Shown here: one piece after another, positions 16,941 to 26,431 of the stretch
Position numbering within the stretch: the stretch's first letter is position 1
Layout of the letters: every line of letters begins with the position of its first letter
From: an uncultured Nitrososphaerota archaeon
GTDB taxonomy: Archaea; Thermoproteota; Nitrososphaeria; Nitrososphaerales; Gagatemarchaeaceae
Assembly: GCA_963703285.1 (NCBI GenBank)
Contig: OY969807.1
Span: forward strand, 704,001-768,000
Direction of reading: 5' to 3'
DNA: 64,000 nucleotides
Made by a program: the position numbers and the translations under genes
The notes under the pieces: model-generated
What the model was told of the DNA's origin: nothing
Databases searched by the model: none
Seen by the model: only the letters and a program-made list of their open reading frames with translations

Positions 16941-18551
16941 TCAGCGGTTGTAAGCGTAGCGCTTGGTGGCGAAATGGTACACGCGCCTCCAGACGATCAG
17001 GTTGAAGGCCACCACGAGAGCGGTCATCGAGAGCACGGCGAGTGTGAGGACGAGACCATCTCCGGCCCCGCCGTTGGCGTTGATCATGCTACAGAGCTGC
17101 GGGTAGGCGGCTGCAGGGTTGTACGATCCGCTGGCCTTGCACCCGTAGGTCGCTATTGCGATTATCTTCCCGATTCCGTCCCCCACTTGAGTAAGGGGGG
17201 CGTAGCCTTTCAACTCAAAGAATTCCGCAACGATGAGTGTGTTCCAGGCCGCCCCGATCGCGGTTATGGACCCGGTCACGAAGGCTGTGGCCACAGCGGG
17301 GAGATAGATGCCCCTCCACGCCTGTCTGTCGGAGACGCGAAGGCTCTTCTTCAGCTCAAAGAGGTCGCCGGGCAGCGTCCGGATTCCCGCCATCACGTTG
17401 AAGAGGATGTACCAGATCATGCCGAGGAAGATGATAATCGCCGCTGTGAGTTCGCCGGCAAATGCCCCTGCGAGCAGGGTGAAGGTGACCAGCGCAGGCA
17501 GGAGCGCAGGCGCGGGCACCGACGCGATGGTCTCTATCACGGGAATGAGTGCGTTGTAGGCCTTGTCGTGCAAGGCGATCAGGATTCCGACTGGGAGTGC
17601 TACGGCGACTCCGATGAAGTAGACGTACCAGATGCGGACGAACGAGTACGCAAGTCCGACGAGTATGTAGGCTTCGTCGCCGGGCGCAGCCGAAAGGTCG
17701 GCCGCGATGTTGAAGGAATGCGCTCCCGTTCTCGCCGAGCTCACCAGCGTCCCGACCTCGAAGACGAGGAAGACCGCGAAGAGGATGAGCAGAGCATACT
17801 TCAGTCCCTTCCTGTAGCGATTCAGCGCAGAGGTGAAGGTCCAGACGCCCTTCCCTGGGCGGATCAAGAAGAGCTTGGATACGCTCCTCTGGTTGACCCA
17901 GGAGTACCTCTTCATCAGCCAGTCCTTGTGCCCGGCGCGGGGGTCGTCCCCGAACCTGTACTTCTCGGCCCAGAGCGAGAACTCACGCAGGAAGACGAAC
18001 TGCCATATCACCACGGCAACGACGAGGAGTAGCAGGCAGGAGTAGTATGCCGTGTATTGATGGTTGGTTCCGTATGTGACTATGTCGACGCCTATCCCGC
18101 GCACAGGCAGGTTGGAGGTCTCGGTGCTGATCACCTCGCTCGAGATGAGGTAGAAGAGCCCCACGGCCCATGAGATCTGTGTGTTGTAGGCGATCCTGCT
18201 GAGGGACGCGGGGATGTAGACCGAGACGATTCTCTGCAGGGACCCCGTGTTGGTCATTGACGAAAGGTCGATGTAGTCCTGCGGTATCGACTTGACCGCC
18301 TCGTACACTCCGAAGGATATGTTCCACGACATGCTCGTGAATATCAGGAATATGACAGCGAGGTCGATGCCCGCCGCGCCAGGGACAGCCGCCGCAATCC
18401 CGAGGATAACCAGCGGAAAGAAGCCGAGGATGGGTATCGACTGGAGGACGTCGAGGAGCGGGATTATGACGGTCTCCGCCCTGTGATTCCGGGCGGCGGT
18501 GATCCCCACTGCGAGGCTGAAGAGGATGCTGAAGATCAGCGCCACTATCAT
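16941..18551 (-). CDS. Nitrate/sulfonate-type ABC permease with duplicated membrane domain
   Basis: LDVLQSIPILGFFP, WNISF, ASVPAPALLP, WYILFN, GAAWNTLIVAE; the open frame extends upstream to about 18611 without ATG/GTG/TTG. Confidence 0.88.
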   Translation of the reverse strand: MIVALIFSILFSLAVGITAARNHRAETVIIPLLDVLQSIPILGFFPLVILGIAAAVPGAAGIDLAVIFLIFTSMSWNISFGVYEAVKSIPQDYIDLSSMTNTGSLQRIVSVYIPASLSRIAYNTQISWAVGLFYLISSEVISTETSNLPVRGIGVDIVTYGTNHQYTAYYSCLLLLVVAVVIWQFVFLREFSLWAEKYRFGDDPRAGHKDWLMKRYSWVNQRSVSKLFLIRPGKGVWTFTSALNRYRKGLKYALLILFAVFLVFEVGTLVSSARTGAHSFNIAADLSAAPGDEAYILVGLAYSFVRIWYVYFIGVAVALPVGILIALHDKAYNALIPVIETIASVPAPALLPALVTFTLLAGAFAGELTAAIIIFLGMIWYILFNVMAGIRTLPGDLFELKKSLRVSDRQAWRGIYLPAVATAFVTGSITAIGAAWNTLIVAEFFELKGYAPLTQVGDGIGKIIAIATYGCKASGSYNPAAAYPQLCSMINANGGAGDGLVLTLAVLSMTALVVAFNLIVWRRVYHFATKRYAYNR

Positions 18552-18717
18552 TCTGCTCCACGAATAAAGAAGATCGATGGATGCGGAGAATATGCTGAAC
18601 TCAGCTGTCGTACTGCTTCTTTCGCGGCTGAAGCCGTGACATATTAGAGGCTATTGGCGCGTTCCTAGTCCGTCGAGCGCGCAAGCGGACGGTCGCGGCC
18701 TCCAGCGCGGGACGCTG

Positions 18718-19221
18718 TCATCGGATATAGGGCGTGCTGGAGGAGTCGAAGCGTTCCACGTGCTCGAAGTGCCCCTTGTCCCTGAACGCCGAAAGCTGGG
18801 GGAACTGCGGGAAGAAGTCTGAGAGCGGTCTCAGAGCCATCTCCCCCGCGAGGTGCCCCTTACCGAGGAACTCGTCGGATATCTTCTTGCCGAGGTCCCT
18901 CACCTGCGTCTCGTCGGTGAAGCCGAGCGCGTGGAGGTACTCGTGGATGAGGATCATGAAGGTGAAGGCGTTCCGCTTGCTCCTGACCCTGGTCGTCTTC
19001 CAGACTATCTTGATTATGTTCCGGTTCATGACGATGGCGTTCGAACCGAGCTCGTGGTATGCGCCGACGTTGTTCGAGATGTCGCCCAGCACGAGGGAGA
19101 GACCCGCGCGGTGCAGCCCGAGCGATGACTCGGCGGCCCTCTTGACTAGCTCGAACACCTGGTCGAAACTAGAGGCGAGAGCGAGCCGTCTGGAGTTGGA
19201 GCTTGAATTCTGCGAGTGCAC
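18718..19221 (-). CDS. Small zincin-like metallopeptidase (HExxH)
   Basis: ILIHEYLHALG..DE motif after a VGAYH..NAIVMN strand pattern. Confidence 0.7.
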   Translation of the reverse strand: MHSQNSSSNSRRLALASSFDQVFELVKRAAESSLGLHRAGLSLVLGDISNNVGAYHELGSNAIVMNRNIIKIVWKTTRVRSKRNAFTFMILIHEYLHALGFTDETQVRDLGKKISDEFLGKGHLAGEMALRPLSDFFPQFPQLSAFRDKGHFEHVERFDSSSTPYIR

Positions 19222-19248
19222 TGTGTCGTGTAATCCTCCCGGTTCCTA

Positions 19249-19629
19249 TTAAGCCTCGCCATCGCGGTCGCAGATCCTTCGTAGCTTGACGCTCACAACG
19301 CCGCTCGCCCGCTCGAAGTCAGCCCTCTCCGCGTCCACTCGGACGCAGCAGGCCTTTCTGACGGTCGTCCCCCCAATGGTTATGTCGATGAACCCATCCC
19401 GGGCGACGAGGGAGATTGCGGAGATATCGCAGTTGGGCTCATAGAGCAGGTAGGTCACGAACTCCTCACCGATTATCAGTTCGTCATCCAGAGGCGGAGG
19501 CTCGTCCCAATCCTCCAGCTGGTGCAATCCGGGGAAGGCGTAGGCGCCCAACCTCGGGTTCGGCTTCGGCTCGACCCTGAACACGCCAGGGTCGCCGAAG
19601 ATTTCTCTGAAGCCTTCGTTATCTGTCAA
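19249..19629 (-). CDS. Divergent Hsp20/alpha-crystallin-like protein
   Basis: Beta-rich C-terminal half ending VDAERADFERASGVVSVKLRR, like the A.Y.NGVL.V.L motif of small HSPs; TTGA overlap with the upstream gene. Confidence 0.55.
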   Translation of the reverse strand: MTDNEGFREIFGDPGVFRVEPKPNPRLGAYAFPGLHQLEDWDEPPPLDDELIIGEEFVTYLLYEPNCDISAISLVARDGFIDITIGGTTVRKACCVRVDAERADFERASGVVSVKLRRICDRDGEA

Positions 19630-20021
19630 GATTCACCCTCCAGCTCCTTCTGCAGAGCACCGAAGACCTGCCCCAGCCCGACGGTCATCGTGACCGCAAG
19701 CGCCACCCCCCTAGCCGAAGCCCTGTAGGTCGAGCCTCTTTCGCCGTGGAGGACCAGGCCCTCATTCACCAGCGGCTGGAGGCAGTCCTGGGCGAGCTTC
19801 GGGTTGGTCGCCAGCATCAGGACCTCCGAGAAACGCATCTCCTTGCCCTTGGCGAACTCCAGCATCACCCTCAGGCGCTTCCTGTTGGCGCCTATGGAGC
19901 AGAGCGTCGAGAGACGGTCCAGCTCGCCTTCGGAGGTGTCACTGGTCTTGGGGGCCCTGTTGCGTATGGGGAACCTGAAGAGGACCTTGTCGTCCTTGAC
20001 CAGGAGGAGCTGGAGCACCAA
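19626..20021 (-). CDS. ArsR-like winged-helix transcriptional regulator
   Basis: GANRKRLRVM..MRFSEV..NPKLAQDCLQPLVNEGLV..YRASARG pattern of ArsR/wHTH domains. Confidence 0.65.
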   Translation of the reverse strand: MVLQLLLVKDDKVLFRFPIRNRAPKTSDTSEGELDRLSTLCSIGANRKRLRVMLEFAKGKEMRFSEVLMLATNPKLAQDCLQPLVNEGLVLHGERGSTYRASARGVALAVTMTVGLGQVFGALQKELEGES

Positions 20022-20066
20022 GTTATAATCCAGTAATTACCACTCAGTAATTACTACCCTATAACT
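20021..20066. promoter_or_regulatory. Putative operator: tandem palindromes inside a larger inverted repeat
   Basis: CAGTAATTAC at 20031-20040 and 20045-20054 (core GTAATTAC palindromic), flanked by AGTTATA (20021-27) and TATAACT (20060-66). Confidence 0.65.
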
Positions 20067-20166
20067 ATTTCGGGCCTCCCTAGGTCGCTGACCTCCGCGG
20101 CGGCGGCCCCAGAGGCGAGGAGACTTCACGGATTGCACCAGATCGAACCGACGGCAGCCCGACGAG

Positions 20167-21159
20167 CTAGTCGTTCGATCTTCCGCAGTTCGGACAGAAG
20201 ACCACCCCCGGAGCCAGGTAGGTGTTGCAGTAAGCGCAGACCCGCTGTGGTGCAGGGGCCACGGCCGGGGTGATGGCCGGGGGCGGAAGAGAGGGAGCCG
20301 ACGGACCGGAAGGAGGCGACGGAGGGGATGGTTCCGTTGGACTCGCAGGCGCTTCGGATGGCGGGGCGTTACCTGCCCTCTTGAGGGCGCGCGCCCTGTT
20401 CCTACCCCCGATGAAGACCGCGACTTCGAGCAGAGCTATGATGGGCACGAAGAGGAGCACGTCGAGGAGGGGGCCGCCGTCGGGCGTTACGATGGCGCAG
20501 AGGATGTAGGTTATCGCCCAGATCATGATCCTGTTCCTCCTGAAGGTGTCGGCCTTGATGACACCGAAGATGATCAGGGTGTAGATGTACACTGGGACCG
20601 TGAAGGCGAACCCGCTCATGGCTATGGTCAGGAAGACCGTGAAGTAGAAGCTCCCAGCGTCGACGTAGTAGCCGATGGTGGTGATGATGAAGAAGGGCTT
20701 GAGCGCTATGAGCAGAAATTTGGCGAGGAAGAAGTAGCCGAAGGCGACGCCGAAGGCGAAGAGACCTGCGTTCGCGGCGACGAACGGATAGACTATGCTC
20801 TTCTCCTGCTCCTTGAGAGCGGGTTTGATGAACTGGATTGTCTCGTAGGCGAAGATGGGGGCGTTGAAGATAAGGGCGAAGAGCACCGCGGCGACCAGAT
20901 AGATCTCGAGCGGCTGGCTGATGCCTCCCGAGGCTATCAGGGTCCAGCCTTTCGGGAGGAGCTGCGCATCCACGCTCGCGATGAAGAAGCCAATCATCGG
21001 CCTGAAGGCGAGGTAGCCGCCGGAAATCATCGCCGCCGGGTCCTGCGGGACGATGAGGAGGATGACGAGGATGACGACGAAGCTCATGAAAGCGACCTTG
21101 AACCTCCGCTTGAGCTCTGAGAAGTGCTCCCGCAGTGACATCAACTGTTCAGCGGACAA
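20167..21159 (-). CDS. tatC: Twin-arginine translocase TatC with Pro-rich linker and C-terminal zinc ribbon
   Basis: MSLREHFSELKRR, FIKPALKEQE, FAFGVAFGYF, AIVTPD, LLE; tail CAYC..CPNC. Confidence 0.9.
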   Translation of the reverse strand: MSAEQLMSLREHFSELKRRFKVAFMSFVVILVILLIVPQDPAAMISGGYLAFRPMIGFFIASVDAQLLPKGWTLIASGGISQPLEIYLVAAVLFALIFNAPIFAYETIQFIKPALKEQEKSIVYPFVAANAGLFAFGVAFGYFFLAKFLLIALKPFFIITTIGYYVDAGSFYFTVFLTIAMSGFAFTVPVYIYTLIIFGVIKADTFRRNRIMIWAITYILCAIVTPDGGPLLDVLLFVPIIALLEVAVFIGGRNRARALKRAGNAPPSEAPASPTEPSPPSPPSGPSAPSLPPPAITPAVAPAPQRVCAYCNTYLAPGVVFCPNCGRSND

Positions 21160-21253
21160 GGTTCAACTCCATTGTTGAGCGTCTTACCCCAGCTTCTTCT
21201 CGCGCTTCGAGCGGCCAGGCAATTAGCTTGTTTCGGGCAATTCTAGTGAGGTT

Positions 21254-23395
21254 TTAAGCTTTCGAGGAAGTTCGGGCGACCACCGGTTCGACCAGGTACA
21301 GGGGATGCCGGACACTGAGACCGGTTCCGTCTGCTATCTGCAACGCGCAGACGCTGCTCTCGCTCGCCACGACCCCAACCCCCGACGCGCCGAAGAGCTC
21401 GAAGAGCCGGGTACCCACGGCCATCGAGAGGTCGTAGCCTAGCGGGCCGTGCTTCATCCCGAAGGTCCCGGCCATCCCGCAGCACGTGCCCGTCTCGACG
21501 ACCTTGACTGTGTAGCCGGCCCTCTCGAGGAAGGCGATGGCTGGGGCCCCGCCCGTGAGCGCCCTCTCCTGGCAGGGTATGTGGAACCCCACTGGCTTCT
21601 CGGTGGAGAGGGAGGGCTGGAGCCGCAGGCTGGATAGCCTGTCGGCGATCATTGCGAAGAAACCACTGGTCGCCGCCGCCGTCTTCTCAGACGCTTCGCC
21701 TGGGACGAGCTTGGGGTAGGTCTCCCTGAGCATGTACGTCGCCGTCGGCTCCGTGGAGACCACCGTGTAGCCGGAGGAGACGTAGGGCTCGAGGACCCCG
21801 AGGTTGAACTCGGCCACCTCGGTCGCCTTCTTCACCTCGCCGTACGAGATGTACGGCATCCCGCTCCACCTGACAGGCGGCACCTCGACCGCGTAGCCCA
21901 TCGACCTCAGCAGCCCGACGGCCCGGCAACCGAGCAGGGGGTCGTTGTAGTCGGCGTAGATGTCCGGGAAGTAAACGAGTTTTCCGCTCTCTCCGCTTCC
22001 CTGGCCGCTCGACCTCAGCATCTTCCGCAGCCTGGTGCGGCTGAACCTGGGGAGCGTCCTCCTCCTCTCGACGCCCAACGTCTTCTCCATCAGATAGCGG
22101 GTGACGGAACCCCGGAGTATCCAGTTAGAGACAGGCGCCGTGGCCGAGGCCGCTCTCGCCAGGCCCTCGGAAGAGGCGAAGAAGCTGTTGACTCGCAGCT
22201 GCCCGTTCTTGGCGATGTCCTTCTCCTTGACGCTGGCTATCATCAGCGGCATGTCGATGTCCACGGGACAGATCTCCTTGCAGAGGCCGCACGAGATGCA
22301 GAGGTGCGCGAACCCCGCGTTCTCGTACCCGTGGACGCCGGCGGTCCACGGTATGCCGATCGGGCCCGGGTACAGGTGTCCGAAGACGTGCCCGCCGACG
22401 ACGCTGTAGGTCGGACAGATGTTCATGCATGCGCCGCATCGGATGCAGTTCAGGGCGTCGCTGAGCGAGGGGTCCTCCCGCATCGCGCTTCGCCCGTTGT
22501 CGAGGATGACGACGTGGAGCTCGCGCCCCTCCCCGGAGCCCCCCAGAGGGAGGTGCTGCGAGATTATCGAGACGTAGACGGTCTGGCTTTGGCCGGTGGA
22601 GCTGAGGGCATGGGCGTGGACGAGTTGCGCTGCGTCGTCCCATGAGGAGATGATCTTCTCCATCCCGATTATGACGACGTGTAGCTTCGGGAGGGCTGCG
22701 ACGAGCCTCGCGTTGCCTTCGTTCGTCTCGATCACGATCGTCCCCGTCTCGGCGATCCCCAGGTTCGCCCCGGTGACGCCCATCCCCGCGGAGAGGAAGA
22801 GTGGTCTGAGGTAGGGCCTGACCTCCCTGAGTATCGCCTCGGGGTCCGCCGGCACGTCCTTGTTGAGCTCCCTGGAGAAGATCGCTGCGACATCGGCGCT
22901 CGATAGGTGGGCCGCGGGGGCGACGAGGTGAACGGGCCTCTCCCTGTTGAGCTGGACGATGAGCTCGCCGAGGTCCGTCTCGACGCACCGTATCCCCCGG
23001 TCCGCTAGGTGTCGGTTGAACTCGATCTCCTCCGTCGTGAGGGACTTGGACTTCACGATGAGGTCGGCACCCTTGGCCTTGGCGAGGTCGGCGACGTACC
23101 CGATGGCATCGTCCCCCGTCTTCGCCATGAAGACGTGCCCCCCGTTCCTCCTCACCGACTCCGCGAACCTCTCCACGACCTCCGGGTCTGCGGCCTTTCC
23201 GGCCTTGATGCGCCTGTCCTCGGCCTTCATCGTCTCGACAACGACCCCGAACTCCGAGAGGCCGGACTCCCGGTTTTCGCGCCCCCTCGACATCGCCCCC
23301 CACAGCTTGTCCTGGGCCGCGCGGTCGGCGATGGCCCTTTCGATATCCGAGTTGAGCTTCTCCCGGGCTGTTGCCATCCTGACCACTATATCCAT
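21254..23395 (-). CDS. lutB: LutB/YkgF LUD-4Fe4S protein fused to CCG (LutA/GlpC-like) domains
   Basis: VKSKSLTTEEI, ETDLGE, TNEGN, CIRCGACMNICP, YPGPIG, CISCGLCKEICP, C-terminal CCGMAGTFG. Confidence 0.88.
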   Translation of the reverse strand: MDIVVRMATAREKLNSDIERAIADRAAQDKLWGAMSRGRENRESGLSEFGVVVETMKAEDRRIKAGKAADPEVVERFAESVRRNGGHVFMAKTGDDAIGYVADLAKAKGADLIVKSKSLTTEEIEFNRHLADRGIRCVETDLGELIVQLNRERPVHLVAPAAHLSSADVAAIFSRELNKDVPADPEAILREVRPYLRPLFLSAGMGVTGANLGIAETGTIVIETNEGNARLVAALPKLHVVIIGMEKIISSWDDAAQLVHAHALSSTGQSQTVYVSIISQHLPLGGSGEGRELHVVILDNGRSAMREDPSLSDALNCIRCGACMNICPTYSVVGGHVFGHLYPGPIGIPWTAGVHGYENAGFAHLCISCGLCKEICPVDIDMPLMIASVKEKDIAKNGQLRVNSFFASSEGLARAASATAPVSNWILRGSVTRYLMEKTLGVERRRTLPRFSRTRLRKMLRSSGQGSGESGKLVYFPDIYADYNDPLLGCRAVGLLRSMGYAVEVPPVRWSGMPYISYGEVKKATEVAEFNLGVLEPYVSSGYTVVSTEPTATYMLRETYPKLVPGEASEKTAAATSGFFAMIADRLSSLRLQPSLSTEKPVGFHIPCQERALTGGAPAIAFLERAGYTVKVVETGTCCGMAGTFGMKHGPLGYDLSMAVGTRLFELFGASGVGVVASESSVCALQIADGTGLSVRHPLYLVEPVVARTSSKA

Positions 23396-23979
23396 TCGAG
23401 CAGGAGCACGTGCAGCTCGTGGGGGCCATGGACGCCGTACAGGAGCCTGAGCTCGATGTCCGCAGTCTTGCTGGGACCCGATATCGTCGTGACCACCGGC
23501 TTCCTCTCTCCGGGGGAACGCAGCATGCTCGCTATCAGACCGAAGGCAGAGGCGAGGTCCGGACAGAGGTTCTTGGAGGAAAGGAGGAACACGCTGACGC
23601 GAGGCAGCGACGAGACGAGCTTGACAGAGTCGTCGTAGGCGATCTCGACGAGCGCGCCCTCGCGGGCCGCACCGTAGGATGCCCAGGATATCCCGAGGTC
23701 GGCCTTCGAGATGCTTGTCAGCGCCTCGGAGCTCTTCTGGTCCTCGACGAAGCTATGCTTGGATCCCTTGAGCCCGGCCTCGACGAGCATCCTGGCCGGG
23801 CTTGGCAGACCGCCCGCCACGCAGAGGTTAGAGTTCGACTCCCCGATTATCGTCTTCAGGATGTCGACGGTGGTCTTCGCGTCGCTCGCCTCGTACGGGA
23901 CGGCGTGCAGGCTCCGCAGCGCGTCGAGGAAGACGGCGGGGTCCCCCCGGTTTACGGGGCCGTCGCGGTAGTCCTGCAT
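23386..23979 (-). CDS. lutC: LutC/YkgG LUD-domain protein
   Basis: SSLP, ISGPSKTADIE..GVHGP signature; TATA at about 24006-24014. Confidence 0.88.
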   Translation of the reverse strand: MQDYRDGPVNRGDPAVFLDALRSLHAVPYEASDAKTTVDILKTIIGESNSNLCVAGGLPSPARMLVEAGLKGSKHSFVEDQKSSEALTSISKADLGISWASYGAAREGALVEIAYDDSVKLVSSLPRVSVFLLSSKNLCPDLASAFGLIASMLRSPGERKPVVTTISGPSKTADIELRLLYGVHGPHELHVLLLEWI

Positions 23980-24077
23980 GGCTTGGCACATTCTTCGCGT
24001 AACTCTATTTAAAATCACACCCGCCCAATCGAGTCCACTTCGCCCCGCAGGGTGAGAGACAGCCGTGAGCCGGGAGC

Positions 24078-24338
24078 TCAGGCGGTCTGCGCGAGCTCGA
24101 CATCCGGGACCGCTCCCTCCCTCGACCTCACCACCACGAACTCGCGCGGCTCGCTCAGAAGGACCTCGTTGGACGCGGAGGGCAACACCACCTCCAGCTC
24201 CGAGACGAGACCCCTTTCGCTAGCGTAGCGCCGCAGGGCCGCTTCGGAGAAGAAGACCCCGACCACGCTGAACCAGGTCCACTCCTCGGAGACGCCCATC
24301 TGGTACAGGATGTAAAGCTGAGAACCTTCTTCGGTCAT
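24078..24338 (-). CDS. Hypothetical 86-aa protein
   Basis: ATG-started ORF with host-like codon usage filling the intergenic gap; TTAATA element upstream. Confidence 0.55.
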   Translation of the reverse strand: MTEEGSQLYILYQMGVSEEWTWFSVVGVFFSEAALRRYASERGLVSELEVVLPSASNEVLLSEPREFVVVRSREGAVPDVELAQTA

Positions 24339-24449
24339 TCCGCCCGGGATTCGCTGCGGCCACTATTAATGGGAGAGCAGAGAGGGGGAACCAGGGTCAC
24401 CAGCCACACTTATAGCGCATCCAGTCCGCACGGGTGCAGGACGGAGCGC

Positions 24450-25340
24450 ATGAGACTCGCAAACTTTGAAGCCGAGGGCCTGGTCAAGGCTGGGCTGGTC
24501 AAGGAAAGAAGGATTTTCGACATCGCCCTGGAGGCGGAAGCAGCCGGAATCACGAAGCTGAAGTCCGTCAGCAGCGTAGACCAGCTGCTCGACGATACGC
24601 TCCTTCAAGCTCTACGCAGATCGGAGGGGGACCTCACAGCCGGCAACGGGACTCCTCTGGGTCGTGTCAGGCTGAGGAGCCCCGTAATCTATCCCGAGAA
24701 GATAATCCTGGCAGCGGTCAACTATCGCGCTCACGGCGCGGAGGAGAAGATGAAACTGCCTACGTTTCCATACCTATTCGCGAAGTACGGAAACGCCCTC
24801 ATTGGTCCCGACGAGCCGATAGTTCGTCCGAGGGCCTCCAAGAAGGTCGACTGGGAGGTGGAACTTGCGGTCGTGATAGGAAAGCAGGGGAAGAACATCA
24901 AGAAGAAGGACGCCTACGGCCACGTTGCCGGCTACACCATCTCCAATGACGTCAGCTTCCGTGATTTCCAGCATCAGGAGATACCACCCCTCGGAATAAA
25001 CTGGGTCAAGGGCAAGTCCATGGACGCCTCATTCCCCCTGGGTCCGTGGCTCGTGACCCGCGACGAGATCCCGGACCCGCACGTTCTCCCCCTATCGCTG
25101 GATGTCAATGGGACGAGGAAGCAGTCGGCCAACACGCGCGACCTGATTTACAAGGTCGACGACCTCGTGGCCTACGCGTCTATCGGAATGACGCTCAAGC
25201 CCGGCGACATCATCTCTACGGGCACCCCGGGGGGCGTGGCCGAGGCGACGGGCCAGCCGTTCCTCAAGGACGGGGACGTGGTAGAGGCCAGGGTCGGCGG
25301 GATCGGGGTTCTGCGGAACCCGGTCAGGGACGAACGCTAG
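24450..25340 (+). CDS. Fumarylacetoacetate hydrolase-family protein
   Basis: NYRAH, DWEVELAVVIGK, GYTISNDVS.RD, KGKS.D, GDIISTGTPGGV. Confidence 0.92.
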   Translation: MRLANFEAEGLVKAGLVKERRIFDIALEAEAAGITKLKSVSSVDQLLDDTLLQALRRSEGDLTAGNGTPLGRVRLRSPVIYPEKIILAAVNYRAHGAEEKMKLPTFPYLFAKYGNALIGPDEPIVRPRASKKVDWEVELAVVIGKQGKNIKKKDAYGHVAGYTISNDVSFRDFQHQEIPPLGINWVKGKSMDASFPLGPWLVTRDEIPDPHVLPLSLDVNGTRKQSANTRDLIYKVDDLVAYASIGMTLKPGDIISTGTPGGVAEATGQPFLKDGDVVEARVGGIGVLRNPVRDER

Positions 25341-25412
25341 AAATTCTCCGGCCTAGGGTTGCGCGGCTCCCCACTCGGGCCGGCGGAAAAGGAGGAAGCC
25401 GGTGGGGGAGAC

Positions 25413-26258
25413 CTAGACGGTACGCAGCAGGGTTTCTGAGCGCCAGAAGGCTAGCTGATGGGCCTCGTGCCTGGGGCGGCGCGCCCACTCTGGAAGGGAG
25501 GCGGCGCTTGCGAGCATCTCCTTGATGACCTCCTCCCTCATGGGGGCCGGCATCTCGGACATGAACTCGTAGCCTCCCTTCCGGAACCTGGCTATCCTCT
25601 CCTCAACGGTCTCCGTCACGACCACGTCGCTGACGAGCATGAGGTCGTCCGGAGGCACCCTCTCGAGTATCTCGCGCTCCCTCCTCCAGTTTCGAAAACG
25701 CCGGGAGGGGTCCCACTGCCAGCCGTACTTCTCGGCGATCTTCCTGAAACGCTCCCGCCTCTCCTCGAGGTACGTCCTCGTGGCTTCATCCAGTTGTTGG
25801 TCGGTCGGCGGGGGTCCGCCGCCCCAAAACATAGGGAACCACAGCCTGTTCTCGTTCGCCCTTCGGACGAGCGCGAAAACACCGACCCTAGCAACCCTTG
25901 CGGCCTCGACCATTACTGTGAGAGGGTCCTCGAGGAGGTGGAAGACGTGCGCCATGAGCGCCGCGTCGAAGCTCTCCTCCCTGAAGGGCATCCTCCGCCC
26001 GTCTGCGAGGACGAGGTTGGGAAGGCCCTTGGCCCTCGCCCTCTCCATCATCCGCCTGGAAATGTCAGCCCCGGTGACTTCGTATCCGGACTTGTCCAGT
26101 GGGACTGAGACCCTTCCCGTCCCGACCCCTATCTCGAGAATCGAACGGCACCGGTGCTTCGTCAGCATCTCCTCTATTCCCTTGAGGGTCTCCGCATCGA
26201 GAGCGCGCCTCGTTTCATCGTAGACGTCTGCTATGCGGTCGAACTCCACGGTGGACAA
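25413..26258 (-). CDS. Class I SAM-dependent methyltransferase
   Basis: FDRIADVYDETR, LEIGVGTGR motif I, DIS..M, PFREESFD; TTG start inferred. Confidence 0.88.
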   Translation of the reverse strand: MSTVEFDRIADVYDETRRALDAETLKGIEEMLTKHRCRSILEIGVGTGRVSVPLDKSGYEVTGADISRRMMERARAKGLPNLVLADGRRMPFREESFDAALMAHVFHLLEDPLTVMVEAARVARVGVFALVRRANENRLWFPMFWGGGPPPTDQQLDEATRTYLEERRERFRKIAEKYGWQWDPSRRFRNWRREREILERVPPDDLMLVSDVVVTETVEERIARFRKGGYEFMSEMPAPMREEVIKEMLASAASLPEWARRPRHEAHQLAFWRSETLLRTV

Positions 26259-26431
26259 CAAAATCCCTCCGATTCGATGGCCGTCGATTCTCGCCTTATT
26301 TCGTTTGCCGTCCGAGCCGCGGCGACGAGCGGTGGATGCAGCGCAACACCTCACCAAGAGGTGGGGTAAGGCCACCGCCGAAAATCAGTTCGGCTTATAA
26401 GTTGTCGAGCGGACGGTCGGCTCGTCAGGCC

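Noticed and set aside
21254-23395. LutB-CCG fusion as a novelty
   Set aside because: LUD plus Fe-S plus CCG fusions are already known in archaea and bacteria
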